Below are positions 9,898 to 21,320 of a stretch of DNA of 64,000 bases, piece by piece. The translations under genes and the position numbers were made by a program. Position 1 is the first letter of the stretch; every line of letters begins with the position of its first letter. The stretch comes from Candidatus Geohabitans tengchongensis (GTDB lineage: Bacteria; Sysuimicrobiota; Sysuimicrobiia; Sysuimicrobiales; Humicultoraceae), in the NCBI GenBank assembly GCA_031459625.1, contig JAVKIH010000004.1, positions 10,588 to 74,587 on the forward strand. The letters are read 5' to 3'. Below the pieces are notes generated by a model, which had not been told where the DNA came from, ran no database searches, and saw only the letters and a list, made by a program, of their open reading frames with translations.

Positions 9898-9935
9898 GCA
9901 CGCGGCGGTCAGGTCACAGCACCGCGGAGGGGGGC

Positions 9936-10577
9936 ATGGCTCGGACGCGCGTGAAGCATCCTCGTCCAGCACCACGCCGGGATCGTGCCGGAGGCGGGCG
10001 CCGCAGGGTGGGACCGCAGCCGGCGCCGCAGACGGCCGCGCGGGCGCAGCGGTCGCAGCCGGTGGCCGACGCCATCGTCGCGTGGCTAATCCGGCGGGTC
10101 GACCGCACCTACCGTCAGGGGAACTGGGCGGGGCGAGGGGTGCTGGCGGCCATCGCCGACGTCCCCGCAGCGATGGCGCACTGGCGCCCCCACCCCGCGC
10201 AGCACACCATCGCCGAGATGGTCCTGCACATGGGCTACTGGAAGGACGCCGTCACGGCGCGCCTCCGGGGGCGTCCCTGGCGCTTCGACGAGCAGCAGAA
10301 CTGGCCTACCCTCTTCCCCACCGCCGAGGCCTGGGAGGAGGCGAAGGCGGAGCTGGCGGCAGCGCACCGGCGGCTGCGAACCGCCCTGCGCACGGTGAGG
10401 GCTGAGCACCTGCTCGCGCGTCCCTCACCGGACGGGGGGCGGACGCCCACGCTGGCCGACCTGGTGGTGGACATCGCCACCCATGACTCCTACCACGCCG
10501 CCCAGATCTTCGTGCTGAAACGGCTCTACCTGGACCGGCGCAGAACGGGTGCAGACCAGCTCAGGACTACCGCATGA
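9936..10577 (+). CDS. DinB-superfamily protein
   Basis: HTIAEMVLHM...HDSYHAAQI His triad pattern; GGAGG RBS before the ATG. Confidence 0.8.
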   Translation: MARTRVKHPRPAPRRDRAGGGRRRVGPQPAPQTAARAQRSQPVADAIVAWLIRRVDRTYRQGNWAGRGVLAAIADVPAAMAHWRPHPAQHTIAEMVLHMGYWKDAVTARLRGRPWRFDEQQNWPTLFPTAEAWEEAKAELAAAHRRLRTALRTVRAEHLLARPSPDGGRTPTLADLVVDIATHDSYHAAQIFVLKRLYLDRRRTGADQLRTTA

Positions 10578-10625
10578 GCGCGCGGCCGCCGATCGGCGGC
10601 GTCTCCGGACGGGCCTACCGGTGCG

Positions 10626-10654
10626 TTGCAGCCGCCCTCCGGGCGCCATAGAAT
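10626..10654 (+). promoter_or_regulatory. sigma70-type promoter for rsmI
   Basis: TTGCAG-17 nt-TAGAAT, ending 7 nt before GTG 10662. Confidence 0.6.
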
Positions 10655-10661
10655 GGCCGCC

Positions 10662-11582
10662 GTGAGCTCCCCTGCACCCGGGCGCCTCTTCGTGGTGGGC
10701 ACCCCCATCGGGAACCTGGAGGACATCACCCTCCGGGCCCTGCGGGTCCTGGCGCAGGTGGCCGTCATCGCCTGCGAGGACACCCGGCACACGCGCCGCC
10801 TCCTCGCCCGCCACGGCATCTCCACCCCGCTCGTCGCCTACCACGAGCACAACGAGCGGGTGCAGGCCCCCGCGCTGGTGGCGCGGCTCCAGGCCGGGGA
10901 GGACGTGGCGCTGGTGAGCGACGCGGGGATGCCGGGCATCTCCGACCCCGGCTACCACCTGGTCCGCCAGGCCGCCGAGGCCGGGATTCCCGTCGTGGCC
11001 GTCCCCGGTCCCAGCGCCGTCACCGCGGCCCTCTCCGTGGCCGGATTGCCCACTGACCGCTTCTGCTTCCTGGGCTTCCTCCCTCGCTCGGCTGCGGCCC
11101 GGCGCGAGGCGCTGCGCGCGGTGGCGGACCTGCCAGCCACCCTGGTGTTCTTCGAGGCCCCGGGACGGGTGGCGCGCACCCTGGCCGACGTGGCGGCCGT
11201 GCTCGGCCCGCGGCGGGTGGCGGTCGTGCGGGAGGCCACCAAGCTGCACGAGGAGGTCCGCCGCGGCCGCGCCGACGAGCTGGCGGCAGTCCTGGCGGGT
11301 GAACGGGTGCGCGGCGAAGTGACGGTGGTGGTGGAGGGACGGCCCCGGGCCCAGGCGTCGGAGGAGACCCGGGCGCAGGCTCCGGACGCGAAGCGGCGTG
11401 AGGCGGCCGAACCCGAAGCGGCCGCCCTGCTGGCGCAGGGCCTCTCCCGGCGCGACGTCGCCCGGGTGCTCGCCGCCTCCCACGGGTTGCCGCACCGCGA
11501 GGCTTACACCCTGGCCCTGCGCGTCCGGCCCCTCCGTCGGCGTGCCCGGGCGACCGGGGCCGCCACGGGAGAGCGCGGATGA
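10662..11582 (+). CDS. rsmI: 16S rRNA (cytidine1402-2'-O)-methyltransferase
   Basis: VGTPIGNLEDITLRAL, CEDTR, VSDAGMPGISDPG and REATKLHEE motifs; alternative ATG at 10653. Confidence 0.95.
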   Translation: MSSPAPGRLFVVGTPIGNLEDITLRALRVLAQVAVIACEDTRHTRRLLARHGISTPLVAYHEHNERVQAPALVARLQAGEDVALVSDAGMPGISDPGYHLVRQAAEAGIPVVAVPGPSAVTAALSVAGLPTDRFCFLGFLPRSAAARREALRAVADLPATLVFFEAPGRVARTLADVAAVLGPRRVAVVREATKLHEEVRRGRADELAAVLAGERVRGEVTVVVEGRPRAQASEETRAQAPDAKRREAAEPEAAALLAQGLSRRDVARVLAASHGLPHREAYTLALRVRPLRRRARATGAATGERG

Positions 11583-12967
11583 AGGAGGTCCGCGGCGAGG
11601 GGGCCGAGGCGGCGCGCAGGCGACGTCTGGGAGGCTGGCCGGGCCGGCCTCAGGACGTCGTCAGGGTCCACCAGGCCGCCACCGAAGTCGAGGCCCTGGC
11701 GGTCGAGCAGGCGCTGCGGAGCGCCGGGATCCGAGCCTGGCTGCGCTCGCGCCAGGTGCCCGGCTACGGGCAGGCCCTGGCGACGGCGACCGGAGTGTGG
11801 GGAGACGTGCTGGTGGCAGCGGAAGACGCCGCCGTGGCGCGCCAGGTGGTGGCCGACTACCTGGGAGCGGTGCGCCAGGCGGCGCGCGGCACAAGGGTGA
11901 CGGGCCCCCCCGAGCGGACCGGCGAGGGGGACGACGCGCAGTGGCGGCAGCGGGAGGAGACGGCGGTGCCACAGGTGCGGCAGGCACGGGACGTGACGGG
12001 GTCGCAGGAGCAGCCGACGGTGAGCAGGGCACAGCGCATCCACGGGATCATCCCGCCGCTGGTGACGCTCTTCGACGCGCACGGCCGGGTGGACGAGGAG
12101 GCGATGGGCCGCCACGTCGACCGGTTGATCGCCGCAGGGGTGCACGGGCTCTTCGCGCTGGGCACGACGGGGGAGGTGATGCACCTCACCCCGGACGAGC
12201 GGCGGCGCGTGGCCGAGCTCGTGGTCCGGCAGACCGCCGGGCGCGTCCCGGTCCTCATCGGCTGCGGCGGGACGGCCACCGACGAGGTCGTCGCCTACGC
12301 GCGCCACGCCGAGGCGGTGGGTGCCGACGCCGTCGTGGTCATCGTCCCCTACTACTGGACGCTCCCCGACCGGAGCGTGGAGGCGCACTACACCGCCGTG
12401 GCACGCGCTGTCAGGGTGCCGGTGATCATCTACAACTTCCCGGCCGTCAGCGGCCGCAACCTCCCGGCGGCCCTGGTGGCCCGCCTGGCCGCGGCGGCGC
12501 CGGGGATTGCCGGCATCAAGGAAACCCTCGACAGCATCGGGCACATCCAGCAGGTGCTGGCCCACGTCCGCCCCGTGCGGCCGGACTTCGTCGTGCTGTG
12601 CGGGTATGAGTACCACCTGCTGAACACCCTCGTCCTGGGCGGGGACGGCGCCATCCCCGGGATGGCCAACGTCTTCCCCGAGCCGGCGGTGCGCCTGTAC
12701 GACGCCTTCCGCGCCGGCGACCTGGCCACGGCGGCGGCGCTGGCGCGCGAGCGGCTGGACTTCCCCGCCCTCTACCAGCTCGACGCGCCGCTCTTCGTCG
12801 TGGTCAAGGAGGCGATGGCGCTCGCCGGGGTGATCGAGCGCCCGGTGGTGCGCCTGCCCGCGCTGCCCCTGGAGGCGGAAGGCCGCCATCGCCTGGGCCG
12901 CCTGCTGGCCACCTTCGGGCTGCTGGAGGAAGGCGGGGCGGGCGGCGGGAAAGGAGCGGCGTCGTGA
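11579..12967 (+). CDS. Dihydrodipicolinate synthase (DapA)-family aldolase with an N-terminal DUF2007-like domain
   Basis: GTTGE, IIYNFP and AGIKET (Schiff-base Lys); N-terminal EALAVEQALRSAGI...VLVAAEDAAVARQVV resembles DUF2007. Confidence 0.8.
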   Translation: MKEVRGEGAEAARRRRLGGWPGRPQDVVRVHQAATEVEALAVEQALRSAGIRAWLRSRQVPGYGQALATATGVWGDVLVAAEDAAVARQVVADYLGAVRQAARGTRVTGPPERTGEGDDAQWRQREETAVPQVRQARDVTGSQEQPTVSRAQRIHGIIPPLVTLFDAHGRVDEEAMGRHVDRLIAAGVHGLFALGTTGEVMHLTPDERRRVAELVVRQTAGRVPVLIGCGGTATDEVVAYARHAEAVGADAVVVIVPYYWTLPDRSVEAHYTAVARAVRVPVIIYNFPAVSGRNLPAALVARLAAAAPGIAGIKETLDSIGHIQQVLAHVRPVRPDFVVLCGYEYHLLNTLVLGGDGAIPGMANVFPEPAVRLYDAFRAGDLATAAALARERLDFPALYQLDAPLFVVVKEAMALAGVIERPVVRLPALPLEAEGRHRLGRLLATFGLLEEGGAGGGKGAAS

Positions 12968-13629
12968 CGCACATCTTGCCCTACCACGGCCAGGCCACCT
13001 ACGACCTGGAGATCGTCGGCACGGTCCGGACCCTGCCGCTCATCCAGGTGGCGCCGGACACCTGGATCGCCTACTACTACAGCCTGGGCGACACCGAGGT
13101 CATCGACCGGGCCGCGCAGGCGCTGGCGCCGCGCCTGGAGGCCGCGGAGCTGCTCGTCACCACGGAGATCAAGGGGATCCCGCTCACCCACGCCATCGCC
13201 ACCTACCTGGGCCGGCGTCCCTACGTGATCTGCCAGAAGCGCATCCGCCCCTTCATGCTCGCCCCGCTCAGCGTCCGCTACCGGCCCATCACCGCCGCCG
13301 AGCCGCAGGACCTCTACCTGGACGGGCGGGACGCCGAGAAGATCCGCGGCCGCCGCGTGGCGCTGGTGGACGACATCGTCAGCACGGGCGAGACGCTCCA
13401 GGCGATGGCGCGTCTGGTGGCGCAGGCCGGCGGGGAGGTGATCGCCCGGGCCGCCATCCTGCTCGAGGGCACCGACCAGGGGGGTATCGAGCACCTCGGC
13501 ATCCTGCCGATCTTCAAGCGGATGACGGTTGCGGAAGAGGGGAGTGGCGGCTCGGCCGGGGGCGGGGGACCGTCAGAGACCGACTCGGCCGGGCAGCCCT
13601 CTGGCGCCGCGGAAGAGGCGGACCGGTGA
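12964..13629 (+). CDS. Type I phosphoribosyltransferase (adenine PRT-like)
   Basis: PRPP loop VALVDDIVSTGET; EIKGIP. Confidence 0.88.
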   Translation: MTHILPYHGQATYDLEIVGTVRTLPLIQVAPDTWIAYYYSLGDTEVIDRAAQALAPRLEAAELLVTTEIKGIPLTHAIATYLGRRPYVICQKRIRPFMLAPLSVRYRPITAAEPQDLYLDGRDAEKIRGRRVALVDDIVSTGETLQAMARLVAQAGGEVIARAAILLEGTDQGGIEHLGILPIFKRMTVAEEGSGGSAGGGGPSETDSAGQPSGAAEEADR

Positions 13630-14174
13630 GCGAGCGTCGCGAGGTGGCCACGCTCGGCGGCGGGTGCTTCTGGTGCCTGGAGGCGGTCTTCGAGCAGCTC
13701 CGCGGGGTGGAGCAGGTGGTCTCGGGGTACGCCGGCGGGACGATGCCCCACCCCACCTACGAGCAGGTCTGCAGCGGGACGACCGGGCACGCTGAGGTCG
13801 TGCAGGTCGCCTTCGACCCCGACGTCCTCTCCTATCGGGAGCTGCTGGAGGTCTTCTTCACCGTCCACGATCCCACCACGCCGGACCGGCAGGGGCCCGA
13901 CGTGGGGACACAGTACCGCTCGGTGATCTTCACCCACTCGCCGGCGCAGCGGGCCACGGCCGAGGAGGTCATCGCCGCCCTCACCGCCGCCCGTGTCTTT
14001 CCCGACCCGATCGTCACGGAGGTGCGGCCCTTCGAGGCCTTCTACCCGGCGGAGCCCTACCACCAGCAGTACTACCGCCGCCACCCGGAGCAGGCGTACT
14101 GCCGCCTGGTCATCGCCCCCAAGGTGGCCAAGTTCCGCCAGGCCTTCCTCGACCGGCTGAAGGCGGCGGTCTGA
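13626..14174 (+). CDS. msrA: Peptide-methionine (S)-S-oxide reductase
   Basis: GGCFWC, TGHAEVV, DVGTQYRS and AEPYHQQY motifs. Confidence 0.97.
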   Translation: MSERREVATLGGGCFWCLEAVFEQLRGVEQVVSGYAGGTMPHPTYEQVCSGTTGHAEVVQVAFDPDVLSYRELLEVFFTVHDPTTPDRQGPDVGTQYRSVIFTHSPAQRATAEEVIAALTAARVFPDPIVTEVRPFEAFYPAEPYHQQYYRRHPEQAYCRLVIAPKVAKFRQAFLDRLKAAV

Positions 14175-14200
14175 CCCCGCGCCAAGGCGGCACGGGGCGG

Positions 14201-15124
14201 TCAGCCCGCGGCCTGGCGCGTCAGGTAGCGGATCACCCCGAGCGCGCTCTGCACCGAGGGCATGACGATCTCCAGGTGCGCCAGCGCCGCCGCTCCTCCG
14301 CGCTCGGCCAGCCTGGTGCGGGCCTCGGCCCGCAGGCGCTCCGCCAGCACCTCGGCGTCGGCGCCCGAGGCCAGGACTTCCCGGCCCAGTTCGACGAACC
14401 GGTCGATGGTCGCGTCCAGCTCGTCGAGCAGCCTGTCGACCCAGTCGTGGGCGCCGAAGTGGGTGAGGAGCAGCCGGCGCGGGCGGAGCGCGCGCAGGCG
14501 CGCCAGCGAGGCGTGCCAGGCGGGAGGGTCGAAGTCGGGCGGTGGGGTAGGGGCGCGCACGTAGCGCAGGCCCGGGATGGCCACGCCCCCGACGTCCCCG
14601 GTGAAGAGGTCGCCGCTGCGGGGATCCCAGTAGGCCAGGTGGTGGCGGGCGTGCCCGGGGGTATCGACCGCGGTGATCGTCCGGGAGCCGAGCCGCACCT
14701 GCGCCCCGTCCTCGAGGACGTGGACCCGGTCGGCCGGCACCGGCGCCACCTCGCCGAAGAGCGGCTCGAGGGTCTCGCCGTAGAGGCGCCGCGCGCTGGC
14801 CAGCAGGCGCGAGGGGTCGCGCAGGTGAGGCGCGCCGACGGGGTGGACGTACACCTCCAGGTGGGGCAGCCGGCGCGCCAGGACGCCGGCCGCGCCGGCG
14901 TGGTCGAGGTGGATGTGGGTCACCGCCGCGGCGCGCAGCGCCTCCGGGCTCAGGCCGGCGGCGCGCACCCCGTCCAGCACGCGTTCCAGGCAGGTGGTGG
15001 GGCCGGTCTCGATGAGGGCCGGCCGCTCCCCAAGGAGCAGGTAGACGCCGATGGCCTGGGGCGTCCCCTGGTAGCCCGCGTCGATCACGAAGAGGTCCGG
15101 TGCCAGCGTCGTAAGGGTCGTCAT
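14201..15124 (-). CDS. MBL-fold metallo-hydrolase
   Basis: THIHLDHAG, TPGHARHH, FTGD and LTHFG motifs. Confidence 0.92.
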   Translation of the reverse strand: MTTLTTLAPDLFVIDAGYQGTPQAIGVYLLLGERPALIETGPTTCLERVLDGVRAAGLSPEALRAAAVTHIHLDHAGAAGVLARRLPHLEVYVHPVGAPHLRDPSRLLASARRLYGETLEPLFGEVAPVPADRVHVLEDGAQVRLGSRTITAVDTPGHARHHLAYWDPRSGDLFTGDVGGVAIPGLRYVRAPTPPPDFDPPAWHASLARLRALRPRRLLLTHFGAHDWVDRLLDELDATIDRFVELGREVLASGADAEVLAERLRAEARTRLAERGGAAALAHLEIVMPSVQSALGVIRYLTRQAAG

Positions 15125-15267
15125 CGCTCGAGGCCTCTCCACCATAGCAGACGCTCAGAGCGGACGGGGCGGAGAGCGACCCGGCGGTGGAGATGGGAGC
15201 TGTGCCAGGGAGGCGGAGGCCGGGCGTCCGGGCGGGCTCCCGGGGTCGGGCCTCGGAGGGGTGGGGG

Positions 15268-15841
15268 TTACGGAGAAGGCGCTGGTGAGGGGACCGGCGA
15301 CGGCGAAGGAGGGCCAGGGGCGGCGCTCAGAGTGAACTTGAGTGAGCGTGCCGGCAGCCCACCCACCGAGGCGCGTAGCGTCCACTCCCCGACCCGCTCC
15401 CGGACAGGCTTGCCCTGGACCTCGATGACGAGCAACGCGAGACGGACGTTCTCTCCGGCGAGCGTCGACCGGTCGGTGCTGATGGGGAGGATCGCCCAGA
15501 CCCAGGCGTTGGTGTAGTAGTAACCGGGCTCGGGGTCGAACCGGGTACGGCGCGTCCAGACCGCCGTCCCCTCGGGGTCGAGGAGCTGGGCGTCGACGGT
15601 CGTGGCCTGGGCGGACACTTTGCAGGTGGACGACGACGGCGACGTACCGGTCCTGGGTGGTAAAGCGGGTGCCGCACTCACTCAGGTCGAGGGCGAAGCC
15701 GCCGACGTCTCCCCGTGGATTGGCTCGCCGGCAAACCAGCAGGGTGTGCCGGGCTTCCTGGCTCACCGCCGGGAGGCTTGCTCCCAGGATGAGGAGCAGG
15801 CACACCAGCGCGACACCCAACGCACGCCTTCGGGTCCTCAC
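15268..15841 (-). pseudogene. Secreted hypothetical protein with a +1 frameshift (or sequencing error)
   Basis: GGAGG RBS, GTG, signal peptide (RRRALGVALVCLLLILGASLPAVSQE); the reading continues in another frame after HLQSVR into QATTVDAQLLDPEG. Length 574 = 3n+1; the extra base fits the C run at 15609-15611. Confidence 0.65.
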
Positions 15842-16245
15842 GGCGATCCTCCCCGGGGAATCAGGTCCTCGTAGTGCAACTGGTCGAGACAGCGCTGGAT
15901 CCAGGGGGTCGACTCGGCCGCGGCATAGCGCGTCTCCGCCCCCGGAGGCCGGACCCAGCCCTTCGTCAGCCCGTAGACGCGCCCGTCTCGTACCCACGGT
16001 GAGCCGGAGAAGCCGGGCGCGACGAACCCCTCGCCGACCATGACGTTGCGCCAGGGGTGGGAAGGCGTCCATTGGATCTTCCGTTCCGCCAGGAAGGCCG
16101 TCAGGGTGGTGTGGAGGAAGCGCACAGGGGACGGACGGGGGTGGATTTCGCGCCGCGGGAGGATCAGCAGCTCGTCCCCGACTCGCAGCTCGGCGGGATC
16201 GCCCCAGTGCGCCACCGTGCTGTTGGTGTGCGCGGCGACACTGCC
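15838..16245 (-). pseudogene. C-terminal fragment of a trypsin-like serine protease
   Basis: WGDPAELRVGDELLI and PGFSGSPWVRDGRVYGL resemble the nucleophile-bearing lobe; no His/Asp half upstream, and an in-frame TAG lies near 16261. Confidence 0.55.
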
Positions 16246-16246
16246 C

Positions 16247-16276
16247 TTGACGGTGTCTTTCTACCCTCCGTACACT
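16247..16276 (+). promoter_or_regulatory. sigma70-type promoter for the T-box leader
   Basis: TTGACG-18 nt-TACACT directly upstream of T-box Stem I. Confidence 0.75.
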
Positions 16277-16282
16277 ACCTTG

Positions 16283-16573
16283 GCAACGCGAGGAGGAAGC
16301 GGGAGTAGCCCTGTCCGGGGTCAGGGAGCGAGCCGGGAGGGTGCGAGCCGGCGGCGGAGGGCGGGGTGAACATGGCTTCCGAGCAGGCGACCTGAAGATC
16401 CTTCGGCCCGCGCCGGGGGGGCGGTAGGGTCGCCCGGGTGCCTCCGTGATCGGGTCAGGGCACTCCGCGCGTAGTGCGGACGTGCCCACGAGGCGCCGGA
16501 CCGCGAGGCCGGCGCGGAGGCGGTGGTACCGCGAGAGACCCTCTCGCCCGTGCGGCGGGAGGGTTGTTGTCTT
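16283..16573 (+). promoter_or_regulatory. T-box riboswitch, Met (AUG) specifier
   Basis: Stem I with GAGTAG, CAGGGAG, GGTGCGA and GAAC-ATG-G (specifier 16372-16374); T-box GGTGGTACCGCG (16522-16533); antiterminator partner TCGCCC; terminator hairpin with T-rich tail. Confidence 0.9.
16539..16573 (+). terminator. Intrinsic terminator of the T-box leader
   Basis: CCCTCTCGCC-CGTGC-GGCGGGAGGG followed by TTGTTGTCTT. Confidence 0.75.
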
Positions 16574-16595
16574 CTGCGCGTGAGGAGGCGAAGCT

Positions 16596-17555
16596 GTGGC
16601 GACGGCACACCTGGTGGGGATCTTCCCGAGGTCGGAAGAGCTCGTGGCGGCCACGCGGGCCTACGAACGGGGCCGGTACGACGAGGCGGCCCTCGACCGC
16701 CTCTTCGCCGAGGAGGCCCGACGCGTGGTGGCCCTCCAGGTGGACGCGGGGCTCGACTACGTCACCGACGGCCTGCTGCGCTGGCAGGACCTGCTGCGCC
16801 CGCTCAGCGAGGGTGTCGACGGGATGCACCCCGGGCCGGTGACGCGCTGGTTCGACAACAACACCTTCTACCGCCGTCCCGTCATCGGCGGCTGGCTCCC
16901 CCCCATGGGGGAGGTGGTCCTGCGCTACGTCGACCGCGACGCGCTGGCGGGGCACCGGTGGAAGGCCATCCTGCCCGCGCCGTGGACCTTCGCCATGCTG
17001 GCCGAGGACCACTACTACGCCGACGAGGAGGCCCTGCTGCTCGACGTGGCCGACATGATCCGCTCGGCGGCGGTGGCCCTGGTGGAGGCCGGGTGCGCCT
17101 ACGTGCAGTTCTCCGACCCCGTCCTGGTGGCCAGGCCGCGGGAGGGCGCGGTGGACCGCGCCGGCCGCGCGCTGGCCCGCGTCGTGGAGGGGCTGGGCGT
17201 GCGCACGGCCGTGCACACCTGCTTCGGTGACGTGGCTCCCGTGCTGCCGGCGCTGCTGGAGTGGCCGGTGGACGAGGTGGGCTTCGACCTCTTCGCCGCC
17301 ACCATGGACCGGCTGGAGGGCCGCGCCGGCAGCAAGACGGTGCTCGTGGGGGCGCTCGATGGACGCAACTCGCTGCTGGAAGACCCGGTGCGCACTGCCG
17401 AGACGGTGCAGCGGGTGGCCGACCGGCTGGGGGCGGAGCGCGTCGGCGTGGTGCCGAGCTGCGACCTGGAGTTCCTGCCCTGGCCGGTGGCGGCGGAGAA
17501 GGTGCGCCGGCTGGGCGAGGTGAAGCGGCGGCTGGCGCCGGTGCCGGTCGCGTAG
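16596..17555 (+). CDS. Split cobalamin-independent methionine synthase, N-terminal-like (non-catalytic) subunit
   Basis: GIFPRSEEL, TDGLLRWQD, TRWFDNNTFYRRP and GALDGRN resemble the MetE N-barrel; the Zn-ligand region is only partly retained (HTC, PSCD). Confidence 0.8.
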   Translation: MATAHLVGIFPRSEELVAATRAYERGRYDEAALDRLFAEEARRVVALQVDAGLDYVTDGLLRWQDLLRPLSEGVDGMHPGPVTRWFDNNTFYRRPVIGGWLPPMGEVVLRYVDRDALAGHRWKAILPAPWTFAMLAEDHYYADEEALLLDVADMIRSAAVALVEAGCAYVQFSDPVLVARPREGAVDRAGRALARVVEGLGVRTAVHTCFGDVAPVLPALLEWPVDEVGFDLFAATMDRLEGRAGSKTVLVGALDGRNSLLEDPVRTAETVQRVADRLGAERVGVVPSCDLEFLPWPVAAEKVRRLGEVKRRLAPVPVA

Positions 17556-17561
17556 GGGGCG

Positions 17562-18689
17562 ATGACCGTGGCCAAGCTCTTCCCCACACAAGAGATCGGC
17601 AGCCTGGCCAAGCCGGCCTGGCTGGTCAAGGGGGTGCGCGGGGAACGGCCCGCCCCGGAAGACCTGGCCGAGCTCGACCGGTGGGCAGCGCGCCTGTCCA
17701 TCGCCGGGACGGAGGAGCTGCGCGCGCTGCTGACCGCCGGGGGGGAGCGCAGCGAGGCGGACCGGGAGCGCATCCGCGACTGGGGGGCGCTCTTCGCCAT
17801 CCGCTTCCTCGAGGCGGCGGGGCTGGACGTGGTCTACGACGGTGAGGCCCGGCGGGTGGAGATGTACGAGTACCCTGTGCGGCGCATCGACGGCTTCCGT
17901 TTCTACGGGCACGTACGCTCCTTCGACAACCGCTACTATCGCAAGGCGGCGGTGGTGGACCGGGTGCGGTTGCGCGAGCCCTTCCACGTGGACGAGCTAC
18001 GCTTCGTCCGGCAGCATGCCCGCCGCCCGGTGAAGATCCCCATCACCGGCCCCTACACGCTGGCGGACTGGTCGTTCAACGAGTACTACCTGCAGCAGCT
18101 GCAGGACATCCCGGACCTACGGGCGCGCAACTACGAGGCCAAGCGGCGCTTCACCCTCGACCTGGCCCGCGAGGTCATCCGCCCCACGCTGCTGGCCCTC
18201 GAGGCGGCGGGGGCGACGTGGATCCAGATCGACGAGCCGGCGGCGGCGACCCACCCGGAGGAGGTCCCGATCCTGGTGGAGGCCTTCAACGCCGCCGTGG
18301 ACGGCGTGCGTGCCAAGAAGTCGATCCACATCTGCTACAGCGACTACCGCCTCCTCTACCCGCACCTGCTGGACATGACGGTGGACCACCTGGCCCTGGA
18401 GTTCAAGAACACGGGGGACTACGACATCGTCCAGCTCTTCAAGACCTTCGGCGACCGGCGGGAGATCGGGCTGGGCGTGGTGGACGTGCACAGCGACGTC
18501 ATCGAGACGCCCGAGGAGATCCGTGACAAGGTGCTCCAGGCCGCGCGCACCCTGGAGGCGCCCGAGCGCATCTGGGTGAACCCGGACTGCGGCCTGCGCA
18601 CGCGCACGTGGGACGTGGCCTTCACCAAGCTGCAGCACATGGTAGCGGGCGCAGAGCTGGCCCGGCAGGCGGTGGGCGCCGCCGCGTGA
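17562..18689 (+). CDS. metE: Split cobalamin-independent methionine synthase, catalytic subunit
   Basis: PTQEIGSLAKP, DGEARR, ITGPYTL, IQIDEPA, Zn ligands IHICY and LEF, GLGVVDVHS, WVNPDCGLRT. Confidence 0.9.
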   Translation: MTVAKLFPTQEIGSLAKPAWLVKGVRGERPAPEDLAELDRWAARLSIAGTEELRALLTAGGERSEADRERIRDWGALFAIRFLEAAGLDVVYDGEARRVEMYEYPVRRIDGFRFYGHVRSFDNRYYRKAAVVDRVRLREPFHVDELRFVRQHARRPVKIPITGPYTLADWSFNEYYLQQLQDIPDLRARNYEAKRRFTLDLAREVIRPTLLALEAAGATWIQIDEPAAATHPEEVPILVEAFNAAVDGVRAKKSIHICYSDYRLLYPHLLDMTVDHLALEFKNTGDYDIVQLFKTFGDRREIGLGVVDVHSDVIETPEEIRDKVLQAARTLEAPERIWVNPDCGLRTRTWDVAFTKLQHMVAGAELARQAVGAAA

Positions 18690-19302
18690 GGACGATGGGG
18701 GCGGAGCTCCCTCCCGCGGTGGTGGAGGCGTTCGGCGACCCCCCGACGCTGACCACGGTGCGTCTGGTGCTGCGCCGCTTCCGCCCCGAGGACGCGGAGG
18801 ACATCTTCGCCTACGCCTCGGACCCCCAGATGACCACCTGGGTGCCGTGGGAGGCGCACCGCTCGCTGGAGGACAGCCGGGCCTTCGTCGAGCGGGTGCT
18901 GCAGAAGTACCGGGAGCGGCAGGAGGCGGAGTGGGTGATCACGCTGCGGCCCGGCGGACGGGTGATCGGCACGATCCGCTTGGGCCAGTACCACCCCGTG
19001 CACCGCCGGGCCGACCTCGGGTACGCGGTGGGCAGGGCGTGGTGGGGCCAGGGCTACGCCACCGAGGCGGCGCGTGCCGTGGTGGCCTTCGGCTTCACCC
19101 GGCTCGACCTGAACCGCATCTGGGCCATCTGCGACCTCGGCAACGTGGCCTCGGAGCGCGTGATGCAGAAGGCGGGGATGCGCTTCGAGGGGATCCTGCG
19201 CGAGCACATGTACGAGAAGGGAGAGTTCCGGGACGTGAAGCTCTACGCGATCCTGCGCCGTGACTGGCGGCCCGACATCGGTTCGCCCGCCCCGACGGGC
19301 GC

Positions 19303-19306
<4 letters not shown>
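18686..19306 (+). CDS. GNAT N-acetyltransferase (RimJ/RimL type)
   Basis: LTTVRLVLRRF, WGQGYATEA and NVASERVMQKAGMRFEG motifs. Confidence 0.9.
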
Positions 19307-21273
<1,967 letters not shown>

Positions 21274-21320
21274 AGGTTTGGGGCCTCGCACCGGTCACGC
21301 TCGGGCCCCAACCGCGTGCC

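Noticed and set aside
13531..13618. 10-bp direct repeat GCGGAAGAGG flanking the PRTase C-terminal tail
   Set aside because: No terminal inverted repeats or transposase; looks like a low-complexity tail duplication.
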